Shown here in pieces: positions 31,102 to 39,884 of a DNA stretch of 41,407 bases; within the stretch, counting starts at the first letter, position 1, and every line of letters begins with the position of its first letter. The DNA is from a virus. The notes under the pieces were generated by a model, which saw only the letters and a program-made list of their open reading frames with translations, had not been told where the DNA came from and did no database searches. The DNA lies in IMG/VR virus record IMGVR_UViG_3300048074_000118; one strand, 5' to 3'. The translations under genes were made by a program, and so were the position numbers.

Positions 31102-33051
31102 TCAGGATTCCCAGCCCCGGACCCAGCCCCGCCGCCGAGCCCGCCCCATCCGGCGAGCCTGATGAGGCTCTCCCGCCACCTCTCCGGTCGGTTGGCCTTC
31201 CGGTGTGAGTCGAGCCGCCCTCTCCGGGAGGGACCGGATCACTGGCTGCCCCAGGATGTGGAGTGCCGCCAGACAGTACACCTCGAGGTCGAGCGCCTCA
31301 TTGCGCTCCCGCAACTTGATCCACTCCCGCACCCGGCCCCGGTTCCTCAGCCACTTCCAGATCGCCTTCTCGGCGGTGAGCTGCTCGAGATACTCGACGT
31401 CCACCCAGTCCGGGAGGTGACAGTAGCCGGGCCCCTTCGTGCGGATCCGCAGGCGCGACAAGATGATGTCCTTGGCGGTGTCGACGCAGAGGGTGAAGAG
31501 CTTCGCGTGGTAGCGATTGTGGGTGGTCGGCCGCTTGGGCACGACCGGCTTCCCCTTCTCGTTCCCGCCGCGCACCGCGAAGACGCGGCGGTGGAGCCGG
31601 GCGCGGCAGAACTTGTAGACCTCCTCGGTGTGGTGGCCACCGGAGTCGACCGTGACGCAGGAGACCTTCACCTTCCTGCCGCTCTCATGCACGAACTCCT
31701 GGGTGAGGAACTTGTCGAGCTCGAGCCAGGTGGACTCGTGAACCGGATCCCCGTGCACCTGGTGGAAAGCGATCAGCCAGGACTCCTCCCCGGCGCCGTA
31801 CCCCTTCACCTGGGCTTCGAGGCGATCGCCCTGGACGTCGACTGCAGCGACGAGGATCCCGACGCCGGCGGGAACCTCGGCGACGTAGCTTTCGAGCCGG
31901 CCGACTAGACTGTCGGCATCGAGGGAGTCGCCGCGCTCCTCCCAGGTCTCGCCGAGGACGGTATTCACCCAGGCCTGCAGACGGAACGGATCCTCCTTCG
32001 CCTCGAGGAACTCGGACACACACTCCGACCAGGACTTCCACCCGAGCGGTGAGTAGAGGGCGGAGAGGTGGAACCCGACTGTCCGGCCCGTGCTCTTCGC
32101 GGTGGGGCGCCATTCTCCGCCGGCCAGCATGAGAGCCTTGTACCGCTCATCGATGAGGCGCTCGCACGCGACGCAGGCCAGCTTCGCCGTCTCCGGGCGC
32201 GCCTCTTCCCATCGGATGTTCTCCCAGCGGATCCAGTCGAAGTGGCCACAGTGGGGGCAGGCCACGAAGTAGCGCCGTTGGTCCGAGGCCAGGAATTCCT
32301 TCTCGATGCGCGAGACTCCTTTAACCGTAGGCGTGGAGGTCATCATGATCTTGCGCCGCGGAAAGGTGGCGGTGCGTTTCTCGGCGAGGGAGACCGGATC
32401 CCCTTCCTCGTCGACGTTGCCGGGGTAGCGGTCGACCTCGTCGAGGAAGAGATAGCGCGCCGGCATGCGGGACAAGCCCTTGGCGGAATTAGCCCCCGTG
32501 ATGGCCAGGATCCCGCCAGGAAACTCCTTCATCAGGGTCGTGTTTCCCGAGTCCCGTGACCGCGCCTCCTTCACCAGTGCGCGCAGCGCCGGCGTCTCGG
32601 CGATCATCGGAGAGAGGCGTTGCTTGCTCTCCGCGCGGGCGAGCTCGACGGTGGGCTCCACAAAGAGGATCGGCCCGGGCACATGATGGATGATGTAGCC
32701 CATCGTGTTGTTGAGCGACTCGGTCTTCCCAACTTGGCTCCCGGCCATGAAGACTACGCGCCGAGCACGGTTGTGAGCCGACATGCAGTCCATCGGCTCC
32801 CGGAGGTAGGGCGTCCTCGAGGTGCGCCAGGGCCCCGGCTCGCTCGAGGTCATCGAACTCAGGACGCGGTGCTCATCCGCCCACTGGCTGACCGTGAGGA
32901 CCGGGTCCGGCGCGAAGCCGCGGGCGGCGGCGTCGAAGACGATCCATCGCCCGCGACGGCGCTGCTCTTCTCGCTCCGGATCGTCTTCGATAAGGCTGAG
33001 CTCAGCTGGTTCAGGACTTCGCGTATCGCGTCCTCGAGGATGTCGTGGCAC
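31102..33051 (-). CDS. terL: Terminase large subunit, lambda GpA family (649 aa, GTG start)
   Basis: 'LTVSQWADEHRVL', Walker A 'FMAGSQVGKTE', 'YLFLDEVDRYP' and zinc-ribbon 'YFVACPHCGHFDWIRWENIRW'. Confidence 0.92.
   Translation of the reverse strand: MPRHPRGRDTRSPEPAELSLIEDDPEREEQRRRGRWIVFDAAARGFAPDPVLTVSQWADEHRVLSSMTSSEPGPWRTSRTPYLREPMDCMSAHNRARRVVFMAGSQVGKTESLNNTMGYIIHHVPGPILFVEPTVELARAESKQRLSPMIAETPALRALVKEARSRDSGNTTLMKEFPGGILAITGANSAKGLSRMPARYLFLDEVDRYPGNVDEEGDPVSLAEKRTATFPRRKIMMTSTPTVKGVSRIEKEFLASDQRRYFVACPHCGHFDWIRWENIRWEEARPETAKLACVACERLIDERYKALMLAGGEWRPTAKSTGRTVGFHLSALYSPLGWKSWSECVSEFLEAKEDPFRLQAWVNTVLGETWEERGDSLDADSLVGRLESYVAEVPAGVGILVAAVDVQGDRLEAQVKGYGAGEESWLIAFHQVHGDPVHESTWLELDKFLTQEFVHESGRKVKVSCVTVDSGGHHTEEVYKFCRARLHRRVFAVRGGNEKGKPVVPKRPTTHNRYHAKLFTLCVDTAKDIILSRLRIRTKGPGYCHLPDWVDVEYLEQLTAEKAIWKWLRNRGRVREWIKLRERNEALDLEVYCLAALHILGQPVIRSLPERAARLTPEGQPTGEVAGEPHQARRMGRARRRGWVRGWES
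31211..31293. repeat. Imperfect direct repeat, copy A (inside the live terL)
   Basis: See the partner entry. Confidence 0.9.
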
Positions 33052-33572
33052 TGGGCCTCCTCGGTAGTCGCCGCCATGGCGGAGGCCAGGCGGGCCGGCA
33101 GGGTGTTGAAGGCGTCGCGCGCGGCGCGGCTGGCCTCGTAGATGTCGCCGGCGAGCGCCTCGCCCGCGATGACCAAGCCGGCTTCCCGCTCATAGTTGAG
33201 CCTGGCCATCTTGGCCAGGAACTTCTCCCGCTCCCCGCGCGCCTTCGCGTACGAGCTGAGGGGCTCCGGGTCGTGACCGTTGCCGGTGGGAGACTCGTCC
33301 TCTGTCGTCGCCGACGCCGCCCGCCGGGGCCGGGTCGCCCCCATCGGCGTGGAAGGTGCGCCTGGTTTCCGGCGCAACTTGGGATCCCCAGTGACGGAGT
33401 TCAGCGGCTTCGAATGGTCGGTCCGCTCTGCCCACTGTTTGTCAGCCCGAGCGGAGTCGATCTTCCCGTCCTTCCGCCTGGTGATCCTGCCGTCCGCGAT
33501 CGCCTTCTGCACCGCGGTCTGGGAGACGCCGCGGTGCCGGGCGTAGGCCCGGATGCTCAGAAGGGGGGGCAT
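32859..33572 (-). CDS. terS: Terminase small subunit (Nu1/MerR-like HTH N-terminus, 237 aa as an open frame)
   Basis: 'LLSIRAYARHRGVSQTAVQKAIADGRI' HTH. Directly upstream of terL. The last 64 codons overlap terL in another frame. Confidence 0.7.
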   Translation of the reverse strand: MPPLLSIRAYARHRGVSQTAVQKAIADGRITRRKDGKIDSARADKQWAERTDHSKPLNSVTGDPKLRRKPGAPSTPMGATRPRRAASATTEDESPTGNGHDPEPLSSYAKARGEREKFLAKMARLNYEREAGLVIAGEALAGDIYEASRAARDAFNTLPARLASAMAATTEEAQCHDILEDAIREVLNQLSSALSKTIRSEKSSAVAGDGSSSTPPPAASRRTRSSRSASGRMSTAS

Positions 33573-33758
33573 TTTGTTCCTAGATTATCCGGACGGTAGA
33601 GACAACCCATTGCGACAACTTGTCTTGCGGCAGAGACGCTAGAGGAAGACCGAGGTTGCCGTCACCCGATGGGTCTGTGCGGTAAGGACCCGTGGCGCCG
33701 GATACCACGCGCTGGGGAGCGCTGTGATACGCATCCTGATGGACTTGAGCTGCCCGGG
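33573..33758. promoter_or_regulatory. 186-nt non-coding region upstream of terS: candidate packaging (cos/pac) site and promoter
   Basis: No plausible ORF. GACAAC direct repeat and palindrome GACAACTTGTC (33614-33624). Lambda-type terminases recognise a site next to the small-subunit gene. Confidence 0.35.
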
Positions 33759-34580
33759 TCACAGGCCTTGCCCCCTCGAGAACTCGATCGCCTTGATGAC
33801 CTCCCTCTCCATCTCCTCTCTGAACCAGGCACGCGCGGTTGCCTGAGCCACGGGCACGAACTCGAGGCGGCTGTCGATGGGCGCGCTCTTGGCAAACTTG
33901 TAGAGCATCTCGACGTCGCTGTCCTTGGGGCCAGTGCGGCGGAAGACGCCGCCGAGAGGGGCGCGTGCCGAGCTCGTGAGGAGGAAGGTGCGGCTGCGGC
34001 CCTTCCACTGGATCCCACCTCCTGAGTCGGGCAGGCCGACTCTGCCGAACTCGTCGAAGAGCCCGATGCCTACCTTCCGCGTCTTGTTGCCCTTGCGGCG
34101 CTCGCGGGTGAGGCGCTTGCCAGCATGGAAGGCCTTCAGACCCATGCCGGCGAAGGTGTACTCGCGTGACACTGGCTCACCCATTGAGGGCCTCGCCCTG
34201 CCCGTGAGCGGGATTGCGAAGGTAGGCGAACCCTGCCGCGGCGTCTTGGTGCCCCCGCGCTCGAAGATGGAGAGCAGGAGACGGCGCTGGCTCTTCATGT
34301 CCGCAGCCTGTGCCACAAAGACTTCTGCAAAGGGGCGCTGCTGCTTAACGGAAGGGAACGGCTTGATGCGAGCCGCGACCCCACCGGGCCGGCCAGGAGC
34401 GCCGAAGAAAAAGCGCTCGTTGCGGATGTTGAATCTCTCACGGACGCTCTGGAACTCGGCCTGCTGAACGCGCAGCACAGTGGCCCTGATCGCGTTGACG
34501 GTCGCGTAGGCCAGCCGCTTCTCCCCGTTCCGTAGCTTCAGCAGCAGCTGGGTGTTATCGATTTCGACGTTGATCTGCAC
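33759..34580 (-). CDS. Hypothetical virion-morphogenesis-like protein (273 aa, GTG start with GAGAGGAG RBS)
   Basis: Clean coding composition. The N-terminus loosely resembles HK97-gp10-style proteins. No firm family call. Confidence 0.45.
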   Translation of the reverse strand: MQINVEIDNTQLLLKLRNGEKRLAYATVNAIRATVLRVQQAEFQSVRERFNIRNERFFFGAPGRPGGVAARIKPFPSVKQQRPFAEVFVAQAADMKSQRRLLLSIFERGGTKTPRQGSPTFAIPLTGRARPSMGEPVSREYTFAGMGLKAFHAGKRLTRERRKGNKTRKVGIGLFDEFGRVGLPDSGGGIQWKGRSRTFLLTSSARAPLGGVFRRTGPKDSDVEMLYKFAKSAPIDSRLEFVPVAQATARAWFREEMEREVIKAIEFSRGQGL

Positions 34581-34869
34581 GGCCGCTCCTCTCTTGGGAC
34601 GCGAGGCGTTCCATCTCGCTTCGATGCTGGTAGATGGCGCTGATGCTAAGCCTGCCCGAGGAAATCGAGGATAGCGCCCGGGCACGGTCGGGGCGGGGGG
34701 TAGTGCCTGCGAGCCACGAGTACACGGCTCCAGGGGTGACGGCCGTGTTGGGGTCGCGGCCGAGCTCCTGAACGATGGAAGCCACCGTCATGCGGTTCAC
34801 CCAGCGTCCGAACCGGGTGCGCCATCTGAACTTTTCCCTTCGATACACGCAGAGTGCCCTCCTGGACAT
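34555..34869 (-). CDS. Small HTH DNA-binding protein (104 aa; Cro/YdaS-like)
   Basis: 'TVASIVQELGRDPNTAVTPGAVYSWLAGTTPRPDRA'. Preceded by terminator hairpins, so it probably heads its own transcription unit. Confidence 0.5.
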   Translation of the reverse strand: MSRRALCVYRREKFRWRTRFGRWVNRMTVASIVQELGRDPNTAVTPGAVYSWLAGTTPRPDRARALSSISSGRLSISAIYQHRSEMERLASQERSGRADQRRNR

Positions 34870-34895
34870 CGCATGATCGATGGGGGAAGTCTCAT

Positions 34896-34957
34896 CGGGC
34901 GCGCGAATCGCTGGCGCCCGCCGCCACGGATAGTAGACACATCCTCAGCGTGGCGGC
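34896..34957 (-). terminator. Two GC-rich hairpins after the host-specificity gene
   Basis: GCCGCCACG(34920-28)/CGTGGCGGC(34949-57), a 9-bp stem, starts 5 nt after the stop at 34962. GGGCGC(34897-902)/GCGCCC(34914-19). No clear U-tract. Confidence 0.5.
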
Positions 34958-34961
34958 AAGG

Positions 34962-37388
34962 TCAGACGCGATCGACTTCCCAGTCGTACTCGACGAAGGA
35001 CGAGCGTCCCCCGCTGGCTACGGTTCTGATGGTGACCCGTAGGTGAGTGCTCAGGCGGCCGAGGCCGTTGTCGATCATCTCCTGCACGGCGGTGTAGAGA
35101 AAAGACGTTCCGGTCAGGCCTGTCTCGGTGTGGATCAGTGTGCCAGTCTCACCGTAGATCTTGAGGGTGTAGGTAGACCCTGCTTCCAAGTCCGCGGTGA
35201 CGCCGGCGCTCGCGTAGCTCCATGAGCCCAGTCGATTGCGGTGCGACCAGGAAAGGGTGAGTTCGCCTGAGATGGTGGGAGGGAAGACGTAGCCGTTCCA
35301 CTTCACGGCGGTCGGGAGGTATGGCAGCTCCGCGCGGTTCGGGTCGGTGGAAGTGACGTCCTCCTCGGGAGCAGAAGCAAGGGCGATCTCCCCTCGCTGG
35401 TTGTAGGCCTGGAACTTCACCCCCGTGACGCCTGGGTTGACGTTGACCAGCGCGCTGCCGTAGCTCAGGAACCAAGCGCGCACGCCGGCGGAGTGAGGGA
35501 TGGCCTTCGTGTCGATGCAGCCCCGGATGCAGTCCATCAGGGTAATGCTGGTGGGGTTGCGGATGAGGTCGCGGAAGGCGATGAACTCTTCACCGCCTGG
35601 CCCCGACAGCCACAGGACATTGCGGCCGGCTCCACAGTCGGCGTCGGTGACTGCCTGGATGAGGTCGGTGTCGTATCCGTTCAAGATCTCGATCTCGTCG
35701 TCCGTCTCGACGATCGAGGCCGCAAGCAGGCCGGATGGAGTGAAGATGGTCTGGTCGTCCGACTCGCCATAGGTGTGATCGAGCATCTCCACATAGGTAC
35801 GGAAGCCCAGCGTGACGCCGGCGCCGGGCGAAGCCGCCACGATAACGCGCGGGGTCACGTCCGGCCCCGGCGAGAGGCCCTGCACGTACGGCCAGGGCGC
35901 TGGGAAGGCGATCTGGTCGAGCAGCGCCGGCACATCCCCGATGGGATCGCCCCATGCACTCAGCGGTGGCGGAGTGTACGCCGTCCAGCTCACCCCGAAG
36001 ATGTCCTGAGCGGCTTCGATGGCGATCTTGCTGGCACCCAGACGGCCAGTCCCGATGCGCGCGACCCGGCAGATAAGTCCGCTGATGCCGAGGGGCGTCC
36101 AGTTCAACTTGAAGACGGTCCCCTGCCTGAAGTTCCACGCCACGCGATCGGCCTCGCCAGAGACGACCCCCATAGGATAGGCGAGCGAAGCAAGGCCGCG
36201 TGCGACGGCCTTCTGCGCGCTGGTGGCGTTCGAGAAGCCCCGGTAGCTCAACTGCGCGATCGAGACCTCCCCACCCTGGATGGCGATGGATGCCAGGTCT
36301 TGGGCTTGAACCAACCGCTCCTGGAAGTTCTCCGAGCGATCGACGTACGAGACGCGGATGGTGTTGCGGGTCTCACTCCATGCCGGCCGCGAGAACGAGG
36401 TGAGGGTGAAGTTGGTCTCGTCCAAAACTGGCAGATCGTCGGGATCGTAGTCGAATCGGATCAGCTTGATCACCAGGAGGCCCGTGAGCGGCTCGATGTA
36501 GGGCACAGCGTCTATGTGGCGCAGGATCTCGATGAGGAGGTCGTGTGCGCTCGTGGCTTGGTCCTGGAGCATCGTCAGGCCCATGCCCTCAACCGCCAGG
36601 GTATGGCCCATCTCTCTGAGTGCGGTCAAGTCGATCATGCCAGCGCTGATCCCGAGGCCGTTGTTCGACGGGGGGCTTGTGATCAGGTCGTAGATCATGT
36701 TCGCAGGATTCGCGTCGCCTCCGATGTTCTCTTCTCCACCGGTGAGCCCCAGTGGGTTGGGCGTGCGCCGCAGGACGAAGCTGATCGATGGGATAGGCAA
36801 TGACTGCCCGAACTCGAATCCCTCTCCTGTTGATTGATAGAAGACGGCGTAACAGACTCCACGGTAGGCGGGAACAGACTCGCCCAGCACGGCCTCCACA
36901 TAGGGTGAGGGATTCTGGGTCGCGGTGCCCTTGTAGACGGTCACAACCCCCTCGATGCCTCCGCCTTTCTTCTTCCCGCCGTAGAAGTCCGGGAGATCGA
37001 AGTGGAAACTGACCAGCTCGTCTGTCTCACTGACCCATTGTGGAGAGGCCTCGATGTCGTTGAACCGGATCGCGACGAGGTCATCAATGACCCCAGAGCA
37101 CAAGACCATTTCAAGCCCGAGCTTGTAGCGATAGGCCACTGTCGTGGTGTCGGTTCCAATGCCAGCCTCCCTGGCGCTCACCGCCCTGACGCCGAAGTCA
37201 CCGTACCAGGTGACGATGCCGCCCTTCTGCTCGAAGGTCCCCCATCCGAGCGGGAGAGGGCGGCCCGCGCCGACCGATGGAAAGTCGAGATCGCTTACCC
37301 CGCCCGGATCCGGCGCGCTAACCTTCGGCTTTGGGGTCAGTAGGTTGTAGGCGATTTGGGCGGCGATCCAGATTATTAGGTTCCACAT
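34962..37388 (-). CDS. Host-specificity / tip-attachment protein J-like (808 aa)
   Basis: N-terminus 'MWNLIIWIAAQIAYNLLTPKPK...GAGRPLPLGWGTFEQKGGIVTWYGDFG' is typical of J/GTA-g15-type proteins. The start shares one base with the upstream stop (TGATG). Confidence 0.8.
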   Translation of the reverse strand: MWNLIIWIAAQIAYNLLTPKPKVSAPDPGGVSDLDFPSVGAGRPLPLGWGTFEQKGGIVTWYGDFGVRAVSAREAGIGTDTTTVAYRYKLGLEMVLCSGVIDDLVAIRFNDIEASPQWVSETDELVSFHFDLPDFYGGKKKGGGIEGVVTVYKGTATQNPSPYVEAVLGESVPAYRGVCYAVFYQSTGEGFEFGQSLPIPSISFVLRRTPNPLGLTGGEENIGGDANPANMIYDLITSPPSNNGLGISAGMIDLTALREMGHTLAVEGMGLTMLQDQATSAHDLLIEILRHIDAVPYIEPLTGLLVIKLIRFDYDPDDLPVLDETNFTLTSFSRPAWSETRNTIRVSYVDRSENFQERLVQAQDLASIAIQGGEVSIAQLSYRGFSNATSAQKAVARGLASLAYPMGVVSGEADRVAWNFRQGTVFKLNWTPLGISGLICRVARIGTGRLGASKIAIEAAQDIFGVSWTAYTPPPLSAWGDPIGDVPALLDQIAFPAPWPYVQGLSPGPDVTPRVIVAASPGAGVTLGFRTYVEMLDHTYGESDDQTIFTPSGLLAASIVETDDEIEILNGYDTDLIQAVTDADCGAGRNVLWLSGPGGEEFIAFRDLIRNPTSITLMDCIRGCIDTKAIPHSAGVRAWFLSYGSALVNVNPGVTGVKFQAYNQRGEIALASAPEEDVTSTDPNRAELPYLPTAVKWNGYVFPPTISGELTLSWSHRNRLGSWSYASAGVTADLEAGSTYTLKIYGETGTLIHTETGLTGTSFLYTAVQEMIDNGLGRLSTHLRVTIRTVASGGRSSFVEYDWEVDRV

Positions 37389-38188
37389 CAGTCGATTCTC
37401 TTTACGAACGGATTCACGCCCGGGAGGCGCGACCAGCCGAGGAAGTTGTCGAGGTTGTTGAACTTGGCCGCGCAGTCCGATTCGAGATGGTTGCATCCCC
37501 AATAGGCATCGACCGTCATGAGGGAGACGAGTCCGGGCAACGGCGACATCAGGGTCACGGTGTCCCCGACGTGATCCACGACGAAGCGCGTCTCCCCGTC
37601 CGGCGTGACCAACCGGCCGCTGCGGAACCACTGATCCGCCCGCACTGCGAAGTCGTTGGAGACTACTGTCGCCCCGGTCACCGTCGTGATGAGTACCGAG
37701 TCCTTCGACGTGGTCGGATTAGCGCCGCAACCGGCCGAGAAGAGCACGTGATTGCACGGGCCCTGGATCATGATCGTGGGCACCTGGCGCTCTAGCTTCT
37801 TGAAGAGGCCGGTGCAGATCAGGATCGCTTCGGATCCCTCGAATCGCGCCCTGGAGACTTCGCCGGTGAAGATGAAGTGGGCGTCCGTCAGCAGGTCCCT
37901 GTGGGCCGCGATGATTTGCACGATGATCTGGCGGGACGGGAGTTCACCGATGAAGAGCGCGGCTACCGCATGGGTGCGCGGAACCCGGATCTCGATGGTG
38001 TTCGCCACGTCCTCAGGGGAGAAATCCTGCTCGGTCCGACTGATCGTTTCAGGCTCGAAGGTGCCCAGCGGGATGATGATCTGGCGGTCGGCCGAGGTGT
38101 CGTACCAAGAGAGGCTGCCAGAGACAAACCTGAAGCACTCGACCGGCTTACCTTGGTATCTGCTCTCCTCGAGGTCCGCGAAGGTCAC
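37388..38188 (-). CDS. Tail hub protein, DUF2163 + phage BR0599 C-terminal motif (266 aa; GTA g13-like)
   Basis: C-terminal 'WGCNHLESDCAAKFNNLDNFLGWSRLPGVNPF' matches the BR0599 signature (C..C..F.N..NF.G.p..P). Confidence 0.8.
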   Translation of the reverse strand: MTFADLEESRYQGKPVECFRFVSGSLSWYDTSADRQIIIPLGTFEPETISRTEQDFSPEDVANTIEIRVPRTHAVAALFIGELPSRQIIVQIIAAHRDLLTDAHFIFTGEVSRARFEGSEAILICTGLFKKLERQVPTIMIQGPCNHVLFSAGCGANPTTSKDSVLITTVTGATVVSNDFAVRADQWFRSGRLVTPDGETRFVVDHVGDTVTLMSPLPGLVSLMTVDAYWGCNHLESDCAAKFNNLDNFLGWSRLPGVNPFVKRID

Positions 38189-38805
38189 AGCGGCGCCTCC
38201 ATCGGCAGCTCCCGCACCTGAATCGTGGCTTGCGCGATCATGTTGGCCGGGTAGGACGTCTCCACGTGGTCGCTCTCAAGGCGGCAGAGCTTGAGGAAGC
38301 TGATGACGGTCTGGTCCTGTGCGTATGCGCGCACGGCGCCCGGATCCAGCGTAAGCGTTTCGGAAACGAAGTTGCCGGGATCGGTCGCATCCGCGATGCG
38401 ATAGCAGTCGAAGGTGCCGATGCCGAGGTTCCAGAGAGCGACGTGCCGGCGGGCGCCCGTGGTGCCGAACATGAGCCCGCGGTAGCGCACCCAGTTGATC
38501 GTTACGACCGACTCGGCCAGCTCCAGGTCCTCGGCGAGGGAGAGATCCCATTGGTAGCTGGGCAGCCAGAACGGGACCGCGCGACCGGCGCGCGCATCGA
38601 TGAAGGCCCGCATGGTGGCGATCTCTTCGCGTCCGAACGCGGTCCAGGTGAACGGCCGCACCGGAGCAGGGGCTGGCGCATGCTGATCGGGGGTGCGCTT
38701 GCCAAGCCCCGAGTCGAGGAGGACGAACTTCCGATGGGAGGTCTCCTTGATGGGCCCGATCCGATCATAGTTCAGGGCGAGCACGTCGTAGCCGAGGTAG
38801 ATCAT
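38185..38805 (-). CDS. Distal tail protein-like (DUF2460-like, 206 aa)
   Basis: 'MRAFIDARAGRAVPFWLPSYQWD' resembles the GTA g12-type 'FF.AR.GR...F' block. ATGA overlaps at both ends. Confidence 0.6.
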   Translation of the reverse strand: MIYLGYDVLALNYDRIGPIKETSHRKFVLLDSGLGKRTPDQHAPAPAPVRPFTWTAFGREEIATMRAFIDARAGRAVPFWLPSYQWDLSLAEDLELAESVVTINWVRYRGLMFGTTGARRHVALWNLGIGTFDCYRIADATDPGNFVSETLTLDPGAVRAYAQDQTVISFLKLCRLESDHVETSYPANMIAQATIQVRELPMEAPL

Positions 38806-39884
38806 GGCCTGAATCCATCCACGCTGAAGGTGAGGGCCTGGCTGGCGATGACGAGGCTCTCCCACGTGATGTCCTCGCCGGTGGACAGGCGCCCGATGAC
38901 GAGCGGCAGCACGGTCGTTGCCTGAGCGAGCCAGGAGCTTCGCAGCCCGAGACTGATGACGATGCGATCGGCCTGCACCTCGGCGATGCGCTGCGCCTCC
39001 CAGTGGTAGGGATCGGTCCAGAGCAAGACCAGGCCGTCCACCTCGAAGGGGAGGTTGTTGGTGTCGCAGAGGATGTCGAGCTCGTCGGCTAGGGCGTCCG
39101 CGACGAGCGGGGTCTGGAACTGCCACCGGCCGACCCCGAAGGCGCGCGCCTGGTTGCCGTGTAGGATGGCGTTAGCCATCTGGGCTTCGCGCAGCTCGTC
39201 CAGCAGCACGGAGTAGGTGATGGACCCCACGGGTACGGCGCGCAGTTGGATCCGCTGCTCGTCCCCACGGAAGGCCTCGATGATGTCGGTCAGATAGCCG
39301 AACCGCTCGACGATCGGGTTGACCATGTTGGGAGGGAACGGGAAGGGTATCAGGCGGAACCCCAGCAGGTGGAGGTCCGTGCCGGTCTCGTCCACTCCGA
39401 CGAATACCCACGTCACGAAGTTGTCGATGAGGGGGTCCCCCTCAGCGGAGACTTCGACCACGTAGACCTGGGAGTCGGAGGCGGGGAACCATGCAGGCTG
39501 CCCAAGGTGGTCGATCACCGAGACCCCGGGCGGACCCTCCACGGTGATCTCCTGCAGCTGCTTCGCGCGTGAGAGGAATGCGTTCCACACCTCGACCTCG
39601 AGCGTCTGCTCCGAGATCACCGCGCCGAGGTCGCGCCGGCGAGGAATGACGTGGATGTGATCGAGGATGACCAGGTCTTCCGCGGGGCCCCAGACGCCAT
39701 CGAAGGCGTAGGCGTCGGGACGCGGATCGGCCAGGCCTGCTGAGAGCGGGACCGCATAGGCATCCGGCGCGATCGCGAAGCTCTCCGTTGAAGGGAGCGG
39801 TATGACTGCGTTCGCGAGATTGTCAGAGGCGGACGGCCCAGTGGGGAGCGCGAGTGGGCCCGGCGCCAGGATCGCGATCGACAC
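38802..39884 (-). CDS. Distal-tail-like protein with N-terminal extension (360 aa, GTG start)
   Basis: The C-terminal half repeats the theme of the next gene ('IVERFGYLTDIIEAFRGDEQRIQLRAVPVGSITYSV...FGVGRWQFQTPL'). Confidence 0.55.
   Translation of the reverse strand: MSIAILAPGPLALPTGPSASDNLANAVIPLPSTESFAIAPDAYAVPLSAGLADPRPDAYAFDGVWGPAEDLVILDHIHVIPRRRDLGAVISEQTLEVEVWNAFLSRAKQLQEITVEGPPGVSVIDHLGQPAWFPASDSQVYVVEVSAEGDPLIDNFVTWVFVGVDETGTDLHLLGFRLIPFPFPPNMVNPIVERFGYLTDIIEAFRGDEQRIQLRAVPVGSITYSVLLDELREAQMANAILHGNQARAFGVGRWQFQTPLVADALADELDILCDTNNLPFEVDGLVLLWTDPYHWEAQRIAEVQADRIVISLGLRSSWLAQATTVLPLVIGRLSTGEDITWESLVIASQALTFSVDGFRP

Noticed and set aside
34962-37631. 889-aa version of the J-like ORF, and likewise the 313-aa (38185..39126) and 399-aa (39885..41084) long versions
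   Set aside because: The N-terminal extensions overlap the upstream genes and look like junk. The internal ATGs coincide with stop/start coupling (TGATG, ATGA, TGAtcATG) and with the start of protein-like sequence.
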